In this document: positions 54,815 through 64,000 of the stretch, piece by piece
Numbering within the stretch: the stretch's first letter is position 1
How the letters are laid out: each line of letters opens with the position of its first letter
Assembly: GCA_002346425.1 (NCBI GenBank)
Contig: DDZS01000065.1
Coordinates: 73 to 64,072 of the forward strand
DNA length: 64,000 nucleotides
Source: Alphaproteobacteria bacterium UBA3002
GTDB taxonomy: Bacteria; Pseudomonadota; Alphaproteobacteria; Rickettsiales; UBA3002
Reading direction: 5' to 3'
The notes under the pieces: model-generated
Seen by the model: the letters and a program-made list of their open reading frames with translations, nothing else
What the model was told of the DNA's origin: nothing
Databases searched by the model: none
Program-made: the position numbers and the translations under genes

Positions 54815-57604
54815 ATGACAGAAAACACCGCAGCCGCCAATCCGACGATCTCCATTGAAAAGGAGATGAAGCAATCTTACCTCGATTACGCGATGAGCGT
54901 AATCGTCTCCCGCGCCATTCCCGATGTGCGCGACGGGCTGAAGCCGGTGCATCGCCGCATCCTGTTCGGCATGCTGGAACTGGGCGTCGATTACAATAAA
55001 CCCTACAAGAAATCGGCGCGTATCGTCGGTGATGTCATGGGTAAATACCACCCGCATGGTGACTCGGCGATTTACGATTCGCTGGTGCGCATGGCGCAAC
55101 CTTTTGCCATGTCGCTGCCGCTGGTCGATGGTCAGGGCAATTTCGGCTCGATGGATGGCGATAATGCCGCCGCCATGCGTTATACCGAAGCGCGTCTGGC
55201 GAAACCGGCGCATAGCCTGCTGAACGATATCGACGCCGACACCGTCGACTGGCAGGAAAACTATGATGGTTCAGAAAAAGAGCCAAAAGTATTACCCGCT
55301 GCCTATCCCAACCTGCTGGTTAACGGCGCGGGCGGGATTGCCGTGGGTATGGCGACCAATATTCCGCCGCATAATCTCGGCGAAGTGTGTGATGCAGCCT
55401 GCAAGCTGATTGACGCGCCGGAAACGAGCATCGATGAATTAATGGCGATCATCCCTGGGCCAGACTTCCCGACCGGGGGCACCATTCTGGGCCGCAGCGG
55501 GTCGCACAGCGCCATGCATACCGGCAAAGGCTCGGTTGTGTTGCGCGGCAAAACCGAAATCGAAGAAATCGGAAACCGCGAAGCGATCATCGTCACTGAG
55601 ATTCCGTATCAGGTCAACAAATCCAAACTGGTCGAGCGGATGGCCGAATGCGTGCGTGAAAAACGCGTAGAAGGCATTTCCGACCTGCGCGATGAGTCCG
55701 ATAAATCCGGCGTGCGCATTGTGATTGAGTTGAAGCGCGATGCGGTGGCCGATGTGGTGCTGGCGCAATTATTCCAGAATACACAGCTGCAAACCAGCTT
55801 CCCCGCCAATATGCTGGCGCTGCATCAGGGTCGCCCGCAGCAGTTGAACCTGAAAGACATGCTGGAAGCCTTTATTGCTTTCCGCGAAGAAGTCATCACC
55901 CGCCGCACGCGCTTCAAGCTTGGCAAAGCCCGCGACCGCGCGCATACCTTAATCGGTCTGGCGATTGCGGTGGCCAATATCGACGAAGTCATCGCCGTAA
56001 TCCGCGCCGCAAAAGACCCGAATGAAGCGCGCGAAGAACTGATGAATCGTAGCTGGAAAGCCGATGACGTCATCGCCCTGCTCGATCTGGTGGACGATCG
56101 CCGCAATGCGATTGAAGGTGGCAAAATCAAATTCACCGAAGAACAGGCAAAAGCCATTCTTGAACTGCGCCTGCAACGCCTGACCGGTTTAGAGCAGGAA
56201 AAAATTAACGGTGAACTCGCCGAACTGGCCGCAGAGATCAAAGAATTCCTCTCCATCTTGGGTGACCGTGACAAGCTCTATGGTATCATGCGCGCCGAAT
56301 TGGTGGCGATTCGCGAAGAATTCGCCGTACCGCGCCGCACCGAGATTGAAGAATCCGAATTCGAACTCGACATGGAAGACCTGATCGCGCGCGAAGAGAT
56401 GGTCGTCACCATCACGCAGAACGGCTATATCAAACGTTCGCCACTCGACACCTACCGCGCGCAACGCCGTGGCGGCAAAGGCCGCAAAGGCATGGCGACA
56501 CGTGAAGAAGACATGGTGACCACCTTATTCGTCGCCAACACGCATACGCCCCTGCTCTTCTTCTCGAGCATCGGCAAGGTCTACAAACTCAAAACTTATC
56601 GCCTGCCGATTGGGGAAGCCCAAGCGCGCGGTAAAGCGCTTATCAACATGCTGCCATTGGAACAGGGTGAGACGATTCAAACCGTGCTGCCATGGCCGTC
56701 TGTCGGGAATGGAAATGCGGAATTAGAGAATCAGGACGAAAACCCAAATCCCGAATCCCAAATCCCTAATCCCGTACACTCGCTGATCTTCGCGACCAAA
56801 CAAGGCAATATTCGCCGTAGCGAACTAAGTGATTTCGAGAATATCATGCGCAACGGTAAGATCGCGATTCGTCTGGATGATACCGATGAGTTGGTCAGCG
56901 TGCGCGCCGCGACCGATCAGCAGCATATTATGATGGCGGCCAAGTCCGGCAAATGTATCCGCTTTACGGTCGATGGCCTGCGCGTCATCAAATCGCGTAC
57001 CTCCAGCGGGGTGCGCGGCATGAAGTTGGCCAAAGGCGATGAAGTCGTGTTCCTGTCTATTCTGGACGGCGCGGAAATCGACATGGAAGAACGCAGCGCC
57101 TATTTGAAATGGGCTAACGCGCAACGCCGCAGTGGTGACGATGCCGAAGAAAGCAATGACGACGCGAGCGCCGGTGACATTGCAGAAAACCGCGCCCAGG
57201 AATTAAGCGAGAAGGAAGAATTCATCCTCTCCATTACCGAACGCGGCTACGGCAAACGCACCTCCGCTTACGAATACCGCATCACCAATCGCGGTGGTTC
57301 AGGTATCACCAATATTGTGACTTCGGAGCGTAACGGCCCGGTCGTCGCCAGCTTCCCGATCGAAGCGGGCGATCAGATCATGCTGATGACCAATGCCGGC
57401 AAAATGATTCGCACCCCGATTAAAGACGTGCGCATCGCCGGTCGCAACACGCAAGGCGTCAAACTATTCGACGTGGCCAAAGGAGAAGTCATCGTCTCCA
57501 CCGCCCGCATCAACGAAGCGATTATCGGTGTTGATATCGACGAAGAAGTGACTGAAGAAGGCATCATTGACACTGAAGTCACGCCAGATCAGGCTCCGGA
57601 ATAA
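54815..57604 (+). CDS. gyrA: DNA gyrase subunit A
   Basis: 929 aa. [40 protein letters not shown], a C-terminal beta-pinwheel and an acidic tail. Confidence 0.95.
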   Translation: MTENTAAANPTISIEKEMKQSYLDYAMSVIVSRAIPDVRDGLKPVHRRILFGMLELGVDYNKPYKKSARIVGDVMGKYHPHGDSAIYDSLVRMAQPFAMSLPLVDGQGNFGSMDGDNAAAMRYTEARLAKPAHSLLNDIDADTVDWQENYDGSEKEPKVLPAAYPNLLVNGAGGIAVGMATNIPPHNLGEVCDAACKLIDAPETSIDELMAIIPGPDFPTGGTILGRSGSHSAMHTGKGSVVLRGKTEIEEIGNREAIIVTEIPYQVNKSKLVERMAECVREKRVEGISDLRDESDKSGVRIVIELKRDAVADVVLAQLFQNTQLQTSFPANMLALHQGRPQQLNLKDMLEAFIAFREEVITRRTRFKLGKARDRAHTLIGLAIAVANIDEVIAVIRAAKDPNEAREELMNRSWKADDVIALLDLVDDRRNAIEGGKIKFTEEQAKAILELRLQRLTGLEQEKINGELAELAAEIKEFLSILGDRDKLYGIMRAELVAIREEFAVPRRTEIEESEFELDMEDLIAREEMVVTITQNGYIKRSPLDTYRAQRRGGKGRKGMATREEDMVTTLFVANTHTPLLFFSSIGKVYKLKTYRLPIGEAQARGKALINMLPLEQGETIQTVLPWPSVGNGNAELENQDENPNPESQIPNPVHSLIFATKQGNIRRSELSDFENIMRNGKIAIRLDDTDELVSVRAATDQQHIMMAAKSGKCIRFTVDGLRVIKSRTSSGVRGMKLAKGDEVVFLSILDGAEIDMEERSAYLKWANAQRRSGDDAEESNDDASAGDIAENRAQELSEKEEFILSITERGYGKRTSAYEYRITNRGGSGITNIVTSERNGPVVASFPIEAGDQIMLMTNAGKMIRTPIKDVRIAGRNTQGVKLFDVAKGEVIVSTARINEAIIGVDIDEEVTEEGIIDTEVTPDQAPE

Positions 57605-57609
57605 CTTAC

Positions 57610-57622
57610 GGCAGTTTTTGCC
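57610..57622. promoter_or_regulatory. Palindrome GGCAGTTTTTGCC, paralogous copy of 5350..5362
   Basis: Identical 16-mer GGCAGTTTTTGCCTAG, and 27 of 30 nt identical to the 5350 copy over the flank (..TTAGACTATTTGT). Lies about 270 nt upstream of fliF. Confidence 0.45.
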
Positions 57623-57877
57623 TAGGTTAGACTATTTGTGCACGATGAAATGCATAGCATTTGATGCAAAATGCGGATTCTGTCACAGTAGCGTTAGCAT
57701 CGGAGGCGTTTACCAATTCTTTACGCTTTAATTGTCCACATAGGAAAAAAATACCGAGTAAGTTGGCAAAAGCGTTTGCGACACCCCCGTTTTTATGGCA
57801 ATATAAGGGAGAAGTAGGAAAAACATACCTACGATATAAAAAAGTCATAAAGATAGCGTAAACAGAGAGGGTATCCG

Positions 57878-59509
57878 ATGCAGGCAATGGTGCAATCCAT
57901 CCGGGAATTAAGTCAGCTAAAACTCATCGCATTGGTTGGCACAGCAGTACTGCTCATTGCATTTTTCATCTTTATCTCCATGCGCGTTTCCGGCCCCGCG
58001 ATGACGCCGCTATTCAGCAATATTCCGATTGAAGAAGGCGCGCAAATCGTGACCGAACTCGAAACGCGGAATATTCCGTATGAATTGCGTGGCAATGGCA
58101 CGCAAATTCTGATCCCCTCTGACATGGTGCCGCGCACGCGTCTGGCATTGGCAGAAATTGGCCTCCCCTCATCTGGCTCCGTCGTCGGCTATGAAGTTTT
58201 CGATGAATCTGAAGCGCTTGGAACCTCAAACTTCGTGTTAAACGTGAACAAGCTGCGCGCGATGGAAGGCGAATTAAGCCGCACCATTTCATCTTTCCAA
58301 AAAATTGAAACCGCGCGTGTGCATCTGGTCATGCCGAAACGCGAACTTTTTACCCGTGACCGTCAAAACCCAACCGCTTCTGTTGCGGTTAAATTCCGTG
58401 GCGCTGGCACGCTTGATAAAAACGAAATCGCCGCCATCCGCCATCTGGTCGCCACGGCCGTACCGGGCCTGATGCCGCATGCCATCACCATTGTCGATAG
58501 CCGCGGCCAACTGCTCGCCAAAGGCGTTGCGGACGAAGATGCTAGCGGCGTCATGGTTGAAGAAGCCGAGCAATTCCGCATCAATTATGAAAACCGCCTG
58601 CGTGACACAGTAGAGCGCCTGCTCGAACAGTCACTGGGTTTCGGCAAAGTGAAAGCCGAAGTGAATGCCGATATCGACTTCGACCGCATTGTCAAAAACT
58701 CTGAGATTTATGATCCCGAGGGTCAGGTTGCCCGCTCGGTTCAGGAGATCGAAGAAACCGAAGTCAATAACGAGCGCAATGCCGATGAGAATGTCACGGT
58801 TGAGAATAACCTGCCGGATGTTGATCCGAACAATGCTGGCACCCTGTCGCAAAGCCAGCTAAACCGCACCGAAGGCACCACCAATTTCGAAATTTCCAAA
58901 GAGATCACCAATCAGGTGAAAGAAACCGGTACCGTTAATCGCTTAAGCGTCGCCGTATTGGTTGATGGGATTTATGCGCCGGTGGAAGAAGGTGGCGCGC
59001 CGGTTTATCAACCACGTAGCGATGAGCAGTTAGAGCAAATCGAAGACCTCGTGCGCTCTGCCATTGGGTTTGATGCTCAACGCGGCGATGAAGTACGCAT
59101 TGTGAATATGCAATTTGCCGGTAACGAAGAATTACAAGTGGCCGAAGGACCGGTCGACTTCCTGAAAGACAAAATGGACGGCATCATCCAGACACTGGTA
59201 CTGGGCGGCGTTGCAGCGCTCGCCATCCTGCTGGTCATCCGTCCGCTGGTCAACCGTGCGATCGAAGCAGCCGAACTGGCCCGCGAAGAAGAAGCGATCG
59301 AACTGCAAGCGCTGGCTGGCCCGTCGCTCAGCTCGCGTCTGGCTGATTTAAGTGAAGACGATGAAGAAGAAGACATGATCAATATCGACCGGATCAATGG
59401 TAAAGTGAAATCCTCATCTTACCGTAAGATCAACGAATTGATTGACCGTAACCCGGAAGAAACACTGAACGTGCTGCGTCAGTGGAGCTTCATGAGCGAG
59501 AACGACTAA
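57878..59509 (+). CDS. fliF: Flagellar M-ring protein FliF
   Basis: 543 aa. N-terminal TM, YscJ/FliF periplasmic domain and a second TM near the C-terminus. Confidence 0.95.
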   Translation: MQAMVQSIRELSQLKLIALVGTAVLLIAFFIFISMRVSGPAMTPLFSNIPIEEGAQIVTELETRNIPYELRGNGTQILIPSDMVPRTRLALAEIGLPSSGSVVGYEVFDESEALGTSNFVLNVNKLRAMEGELSRTISSFQKIETARVHLVMPKRELFTRDRQNPTASVAVKFRGAGTLDKNEIAAIRHLVATAVPGLMPHAITIVDSRGQLLAKGVADEDASGVMVEEAEQFRINYENRLRDTVERLLEQSLGFGKVKAEVNADIDFDRIVKNSEIYDPEGQVARSVQEIEETEVNNERNADENVTVENNLPDVDPNNAGTLSQSQLNRTEGTTNFEISKEITNQVKETGTVNRLSVAVLVDGIYAPVEEGGAPVYQPRSDEQLEQIEDLVRSAIGFDAQRGDEVRIVNMQFAGNEELQVAEGPVDFLKDKMDGIIQTLVLGGVAALAILLVIRPLVNRAIEAAELAREEEAIELQALAGPSLSSRLADLSEDDEEEDMINIDRINGKVKSSSYRKINELIDRNPEETLNVLRQWSFMSEND

Positions 59510-59518
59510 GGAGCCGCC

Positions 59519-60559
59519 ATGCCTGAAGTACCTGCCCTTGCCGGAGGCACCAAAGAAGACTACCGCCAACTCAGCGGGATTGAGAAATCTGCCATCCTTC
59601 TGATGTCTATTGATGAAGAAAATGCCTCCCGCATTTTCAACATGATGGATGAGGAAGAAATCAAAGAAATGTCGAGCGTTATGGCTTCGCTCGGCACGGT
59701 CAGCTCCGACACGGTGGAGCGCCTGTTCATGGAATTCGTCGAACAAATGTCCGCTGCTGGCGTCTTGATTGGGACGTATGATACCACCGAACGCCTGCTC
59801 GCCAAAGCGCTTGGCAAAGACAAAGTCGATTCCATCATGGAAGATATTCGCGGCCCTGCCGGTCGCACCACGTGGGACAAGCTGGGCAACGTGTCCGAGG
59901 AAGTACTCGCGACCTATCTAAAAAACGAATATCCGCAAACCATTGCACTGGTCCTGTCGAAAGTACGCCCCGAGCATGCGGCAAAAGTGATCTGCGAATT
60001 CTCCGAAGATTTGGCGATGGAAGTCATGATGCGGATGCTGGCGATGGATCCGGTGAAGAAAGAAGTGCTCGATGGCATCGAGAAGACCCTACGCGTCGAA
60101 TTCATGAGCAATCTGGCGAAAACGCAACGTCGCGATTCTCACGAAATGATGGCCGAGATTTTCAACAACTTCAATCGCGAATACGAGAACAAATTCATGG
60201 GCCAGCTGGAAAAACGCGACGCCGAATCGGCCGAACGTATCCGCGCGCTGATGTTTACCTTCGAAGATTTGGGCAAGCTCGACGCGACCGGGGTTCAGGG
60301 CCTGCTACGTGCGATCGACAAAGACAAACTCACCATCGCCCTCAAAGGCGCATCGGAAACCATCAAAACCATGTTTATCGGCAATATGTCCGAGCGTGCG
60401 TCCAAAATTCTTATCGAAGACATGGAAGCCATGGGGCCTGTACGCCTGAAAGATGTCGACGAAGCGCAGCTTTATATCGTCAATGTCGCGAAAGACCTGG
60501 CGGCGAAAGGCGAAATCGTGATTGCCGATTCAAGCGGCGAAGACCAACTGGTCTATTAG
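59519..60559 (+). CDS. fliG: Flagellar motor switch protein FliG
   Basis: 346 aa. ..[22 protein letters not shown].. N-terminus and the C-terminal torque-helix region. Confidence 0.95.
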   Translation: MPEVPALAGGTKEDYRQLSGIEKSAILLMSIDEENASRIFNMMDEEEIKEMSSVMASLGTVSSDTVERLFMEFVEQMSAAGVLIGTYDTTERLLAKALGKDKVDSIMEDIRGPAGRTTWDKLGNVSEEVLATYLKNEYPQTIALVLSKVRPEHAAKVICEFSEDLAMEVMMRMLAMDPVKKEVLDGIEKTLRVEFMSNLAKTQRRDSHEMMAEIFNNFNREYENKFMGQLEKRDAESAERIRALMFTFEDLGKLDATGVQGLLRAIDKDKLTIALKGASETIKTMFIGNMSERASKILIEDMEAMGPVRLKDVDEAQLYIVNVAKDLAAKGEIVIADSSGEDQLVY

Positions 60560-60560
60560 G

Positions 60561-61343
60561 ATGCACATGTCTCACGCACAGATTAAACGTTTCGACTTCG
60601 GTAGCCTGACCGACTTTTTCGCGCCTGCCGAGCCGGAACCGACACCGGAAGAGGTGCAGGAAGCCCAGCAACGCGCGGAAGAGCAGGAGGCCCCGCCCCC
60701 GCCACCACCGCCGACGTTTTCTGAAGCCGAGTTGGAAGAGGCGAAAAACGAAGCGTTTGAAGCCGGGAAACAGGCGGGCTTTCACGAAGAAGCCAAGCGG
60801 CAGGAATCAGAAAGCAAGCAGCGCGAAATCGCCATCGATGCCGCATGCCGGACGATCGCGATGGAAGTGGTGCAAATTCACGCAGGTTATCGTCAGGCTA
60901 TGCTCAACCAATCCCAAGCGCTGAGCGCACTGGTCCTGCAATGCGCACGCCGCGTGGCAGGCGATGCGGTGGCCGAGCAACCCGTTTCCGGCATCGAAAC
61001 CATGGTATTGCAATGCCTCGACGCATTACACAGCCAACCCAAAATTCAGCTATTCGTGCATGAGAGTCTGGTCGATATACTTCAAGATCGCCTGAATCTT
61101 CGCCTGAAACAGCAAAAATCGGATTGCACCATTACGGTCGAAGCCAAAGCCGGATTAGAACCGGGCGATGCCAAACTGCAATGGGAAAACGGCAGCGCCA
61201 TGCGCGATCAGGCCGCCATCTGGCAACAAATTGACACGATTATAAACCAACAAAATTTCGCGCCGATGATCGAAGAGAGCTTCGACGCCGCGCCGGAACA
61301 AGAAGAAACATCATCCGAATCAGAGGGAGAGAATAATGAGTGA
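60561..61343 (+). CDS. fliH: Flagellar assembly protein FliH (putative)
   Basis: 260 aa. Acidic/Pro-rich N-terminus and a coiled-coil region. The position between fliG and fliN is typical. Sequence evidence is weak. Confidence 0.55.
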   Translation: MHMSHAQIKRFDFGSLTDFFAPAEPEPTPEEVQEAQQRAEEQEAPPPPPPPTFSEAELEEAKNEAFEAGKQAGFHEEAKRQESESKQREIAIDAACRTIAMEVVQIHAGYRQAMLNQSQALSALVLQCARRVAGDAVAEQPVSGIETMVLQCLDALHSQPKIQLFVHESLVDILQDRLNLRLKQQKSDCTITVEAKAGLEPGDAKLQWENGSAMRDQAAIWQQIDTIINQQNFAPMIEESFDAAPEQEETSSESEGENNE

Positions 61344-61623
61344 TGAAACCTTGGCAGCCACTATCGAGGATACGGCAAATGTAACACTGGATGCGGTGAG
61401 CGACATTCCCGTCAACGTATCTGTTGTGTTGGGCAAAACCTCGATGCAGGTCAACCAACTACTGAAACTTGGCCGCGGCGCGGTGATCGAGCTGGAACGC
61501 AAAGTCGGCGAACCGCTGGACATTTTCGTCAACAACCGTCTGGTTGCCCGCGGCGAGGTTGTCGTCGTCGAAGACCGAATCGGGGTGACGATGACAGAGA
61601 TCATCAAAAACGATAAACACTAA
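61336..61623 (+). CDS. fliN: Flagellar motor switch protein FliN
   Basis: 95 aa. SpoA domain IPVNVSVVLGKTSMQVNQLLKLGRGAVIELERKVGEPLDIFVNNRLVARGEVVVVEDRIGV. Confidence 0.95.
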   Translation: MSDETLAATIEDTANVTLDAVSDIPVNVSVVLGKTSMQVNQLLKLGRGAVIELERKVGEPLDIFVNNRLVARGEVVVVEDRIGVTMTEIIKNDKH

Positions 61624-61631
61624 GAGGAACT

Positions 61632-63023
61632 ATGCGACTATTGATCATCGGAGATTTAAACGGACAAATTGGCGCGGCGAGCCGGATTGCGCGCTCACGC
61701 GGCGCGAAAGTGGCGCAAGTGACCGATGCGCAGGGCGCGTATGACATGCTCTGCGAAGGCCAGGGTGCCGATCTCGTGATGATTGATGTCGGCGAGGATA
61801 TCGCCGAACTGGTCGCCTTGCTCGACAGCGCGCGGATCAGCATCCCCGTAGTTGCCTGCGGGATTGAGGCAGACACGCAAGCCGCCGTGAAAGCGATAAA
61901 AGCCGGGGCAAAGGAATATATCCCGCTCCCGCCCGATGAAGAACTCATTGCCGCCGTGCTGGAAGCCATCAGCGAGGAACATGATTCGGTGATTCACGGG
62001 TCGCCGGAAATGAAAGCCGTATTGCAAATGGCCGAACAAATCGCCGCATCGGATGCCAGCGTGCTGATCACCGGCGAGTCGGGCACGGGTAAGGAAGTGA
62101 TGGCGCGCTTTATTCACCAAAAAAGCCGCCGCGATACTAAGCCGTTCATCTCGCTGAACTGTGCGGCAATCCCGGAAAATCTGCTGGAATCCGAACTCTT
62201 TGGCCATGAAAAAGGGGCGTTTACGGGTGCGACCAGCCGCCGTATCGGGAAATTCGAAGAGGCCAATCAGGGCACTATCCTGCTCGACGAAATTTCCGAA
62301 ATGGATTTGCATCTGCAAGCCAAGCTACTGCGCGTATTGCAGGAACGCGAGATCGTCCGCATCGGTAGCAATAAACCGGTCAAAGTCGACATCCGCATTC
62401 TTGCCACCAGCAACCGTGATCTGGAAGCCTATGTCAAACAAGGCAATTTCCGCGAAGATTTGTATTTCCGCCTGAACGTGATCAATATCGGCATTCCCGC
62501 CCTGCGCGAGCGTATTGGCGATATCAAGCCGCTGGCTGAGTTTTTCATCGATAAATATTCCAAAGCCAATGGCCTGCCGCCACGGCATTTAAGCGCCGAT
62601 GCGCTGACCAAGCTGCAGCAACACCCATGGCCGGGCAATGTGCGCGAATTGGAGAACACGCTGCACCGTAGCGTGCTGTTGGCACAAGGCAATGAGATCA
62701 CCGCGGAAGCTATCCTGCTGCAAGGCCAACAAGCGCCGAAGCCAGCGGCTGCCACCGCCGCTCCCACGCCGGATCCCGATGCGCGCCCCGCCTTTGGCCC
62801 CACGCGCGAAGTCGATGAGGAAGACATCATTCACGATCGCAGTGTCGATGGCCCGAACCAAATGGTGGGCCGTTCACTCGCCGATGTGGAAAAGGAACTG
62901 ATTCTCGACACGCTCGATCACTGCCTCGGCAACCGCACGCATGCGGCCAATATTCTAGGCATTTCGATTCGCACCCTGCGCAACAAACTCAAGCAATATA
63001 ATGAGGGCGGCCATGCAGCGTAA
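61632..63023 (+). CDS. flbD: Sigma-54-dependent flagellar transcriptional activator, FlbD-like (degenerate receiver + AAA+ + HTH)
   Basis: AAA+ domain with GESGTGKE Walker A and the GAFTGA sigma-54 contact loop. C-terminal Fis-type HTH ([23 protein letters not shown]). The receiver lacks the N-terminal acidic pair (IIGDLNG). Confidence 0.85.
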   Translation: MRLLIIGDLNGQIGAASRIARSRGAKVAQVTDAQGAYDMLCEGQGADLVMIDVGEDIAELVALLDSARISIPVVACGIEADTQAAVKAIKAGAKEYIPLPPDEELIAAVLEAISEEHDSVIHGSPEMKAVLQMAEQIAASDASVLITGESGTGKEVMARFIHQKSRRDTKPFISLNCAAIPENLLESELFGHEKGAFTGATSRRIGKFEEANQGTILLDEISEMDLHLQAKLLRVLQEREIVRIGSNKPVKVDIRILATSNRDLEAYVKQGNFREDLYFRLNVINIGIPALRERIGDIKPLAEFFIDKYSKANGLPPRHLSADALTKLQQHPWPGNVRELENTLHRSVLLAQGNEITAEAILLQGQQAPKPAAATAAPTPDPDARPAFGPTREVDEEDIIHDRSVDGPNQMVGRSLADVEKELILDTLDHCLGNRTHAANILGISIRTLRNKLKQYNEGGHAA

Positions 63024-63483
63024 GGCGCAGTCTGTCACCTTAGCGAAGGTTGCAGCGCCACTGGGCGACGTCCTTCGCCGCTATGATATGCTGTTGCTGG
63101 CGGCGGCGCTTATGCTACTTCTCTCCGCCTGCGCCCCATCGGATAAACCACCCTACCCGGCCTTCATGCAGCCGATTGTCGATTGCATCGCCAAAAAAGA
63201 CGCACCCTGCTTAGAGCAATATACGGATAGCAAAACACGACTGAGCTTCGGCGCGCCGGAAGATGCGACCTTGCTGCAAGATATTCAAAACACCTCGCAT
63301 CCACTCTGGGCCGATCTCGCCACGATCCAAGCCGATGGTTGCACCGCCTTCACCACGCCGGATGCGACGTCTTATATCTGCCCGCCCGAATCCGTCTGGC
63401 AGGATGATCTGGGCTACCGCATGATTGTCAAAGAAGATGCCAATGGCCGCCCTTATATTTTAAGCATGGTGGCTGGAGACTAG
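63001..63483 (+). CDS. Hypothetical lipoprotein (160 aa) within the fliF-flhA cluster
   Basis: Lipobox LLLSAC. No family recognised. Overlaps the flbD end. Confidence 0.45.
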   Translation: MRAAMQRKAQSVTLAKVAAPLGDVLRRYDMLLLAAALMLLLSACAPSDKPPYPAFMQPIVDCIAKKDAPCLEQYTDSKTRLSFGAPEDATLLQDIQNTSHPLWADLATIQADGCTAFTTPDATSYICPPESVWQDDLGYRMIVKEDANGRPYILSMVAGD

Positions 63484-63484
63484 A

Positions 63485-64000
63485 ATGGCTGACGAAACCA
63501 GTTCGCGCTTGCCGGTGCCCTTCCTGCAGAATCTGAATGCAGGCAGTATGCGCGCAGGTGCGAATGTCGCGGCGCGGCGCGTCGACATTATGTTCGCGTT
63601 GGGCATTGTCGGTATTCTGACGTTACTGTTAATGCCGGTGCCACCGGTCCTGCTCGATTTCCTGCTGGGCATTTCGATTACCCTATCGGTCTTGATTCTG
63701 ATGACCGTACTATTCATCGACAAGCCGCTGAACCTCAGTTCATTCCCGACAATCCTGCTGATCTCGACGATGTTACGCCTCTCGCTAAACGTCTCCACCA
63801 CCCGCCTGATTTTGGGCAATGGTGATGCGGGGCCGGATGCCGCAGGGAATATCATCAAGGCCTTCGGCGATTTCGTTATGTCCGGGTCCGTGCTGATCGG
63901 GGCGATTATTTTCGGTATTCTCACCATCATCAACTTTATCGTGATCACCAAAGGTTCGGGCCGTATTGCGGAGGTTTCCGCGCGTTTCAGTTTGGACGCC
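63485..64000 (+). CDS. flhA: Flagellar export apparatus protein FlhA, N-terminal part (continues beyond the window)
   Basis: My translation from ATG 63485 is open to the window end: MADETSSRLPV...MFALGIVGILTLLLMPVPPVLLDFLLGISITLSVLILM...FPTILLISTMLRLSLNVSTTRLIL...FGDFVM...FIVITKGSGRIAEVSARFSLDA. This is the canonical FlhA TM region. Confidence 0.9.
   Translation, partial: MADETSSRLPVPFLQNLNAGSMRAGANVAARRVDIMFALGIVGILTLLLMPVPPVLLDFLLGISITLSVLILMTVLFIDKPLNLSSFPTILLISTMLRLSLNVSTTRLILGNGDAGPDAAGNIIKAFGDFVMSGSVLIGAIIFGILTIINFIVITKGSGRIAEVSARFSLDA

Noticed and set aside
54653-55213. 186-aa minus-strand ORF overlapping tRNA-Lys and the gyrA 5' region
   Set aside because: It overlaps the tRNA gene and runs antisense to the conserved GyrA N-terminus, so it is a shadow ORF.
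57763-57780. TTGGCAAAAGCGTTTGCG upstream of fliF, considered as a sigma-54 promoter feature
   Set aside because: The GG-to-GC spacing is 11 nt (one too many), and sigma-54 promoters tolerate spacing changes poorly. I mention it only as a caveat in a finding and do not call it as a feature.
57627-57887. 86-aa minus-strand ORF in the gyrA-fliF intergenic region, next to a TGCTATGCA -10-like sequence (57649-57657, minus strand)
   Set aside because: There is no Shine-Dalgarno, it overlaps the fliF start, and its composition is odd. The -10-like element has no convincing Pho box at the required distance and would fire into the 3' end of gyrA. It is probably part of the duplicated regulatory cassette rather than a gene.
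63460-63951. 163-aa ORF on the minus strand
   Set aside because: It is entirely antisense to the unmistakable FlhA N-terminal coding region (plus strand, 63485 onward). The ORF track lacks flhA only because it has no stop in the window.

Overview
This 64-kb segment looks like the chromosome of a flagellated alphaproteobacterium. The evidence is the gene order fliF-fliG-fliH-fliN-flbD-(lipoprotein)-flhA, a csrA-...-fliO-fliP operon divergent from flgB-flgC-fliE, an FlbD-type sigma-54 activator and a CtrA-type box. The RTX content and overall composition are reminiscent of Micavibrio-like or Rhodospirillales organisms, but that is only a guess. I call about 70 CDS and one tRNA-Lys. I see no rRNA, CRISPR array, IS element, integrase or prophage. 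Housekeeping genes: metE (partial), mug, parC, hisI, a murU-like gene, pyrG, secG, tpiA, ppiD, trpE, trpG-trpD-trpC, comEC, hemH, mnmA, class I fba, grxC, a DEAD-box helicase and gyrA. Accessory content: an SGNH-esterase/RTX protein; an orphan virB8-virB9 pair divergent from a 1270-aa Cys-rich secreted ORFan; an AMIN/Pro-rich/TPR giant next to an orphan prepilin-like gene; a metal-handling islet (two MerT-like proteins, a MerP-like protein, an ABC transporter with a His-rich permease, two DUF3299-like proteins, an outer-membrane barrel and a Cys/His-rich periplasmic protein) next to tRNA-Lys; and many hypothetical genes. Main hunting results: (1) Textbook PhoB-type Pho boxes (CTGTCAT-N4-CTGTCAY) sit in front of at least six unrelated ORFan genes, with conserved TGC-extended -10 elements. 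One case is a 94-bp promoter plus structured-leader module duplicated in tandem. (2) A perfect sigma-54 promoter lies about 100 bp downstream of a GGCAG-N4-TGCC palindrome and drives a 77-aa ORFan. The same palindrome recurs over the predicted flgB start site and upstream of fliF, which suggests FlbD enhancer/operator sites. (3) The orphan VirB8/VirB9 pair plus the giant Cys-rich protein may form an unrecognised envelope complex. (4) There is a duplicated tRNA-Lys 3' end (att-like scar), a family of palindromic REP/MITE-like elements, and several smaller oddities. All functional assignments rest on motif recognition by eye. No database search or computation was run.
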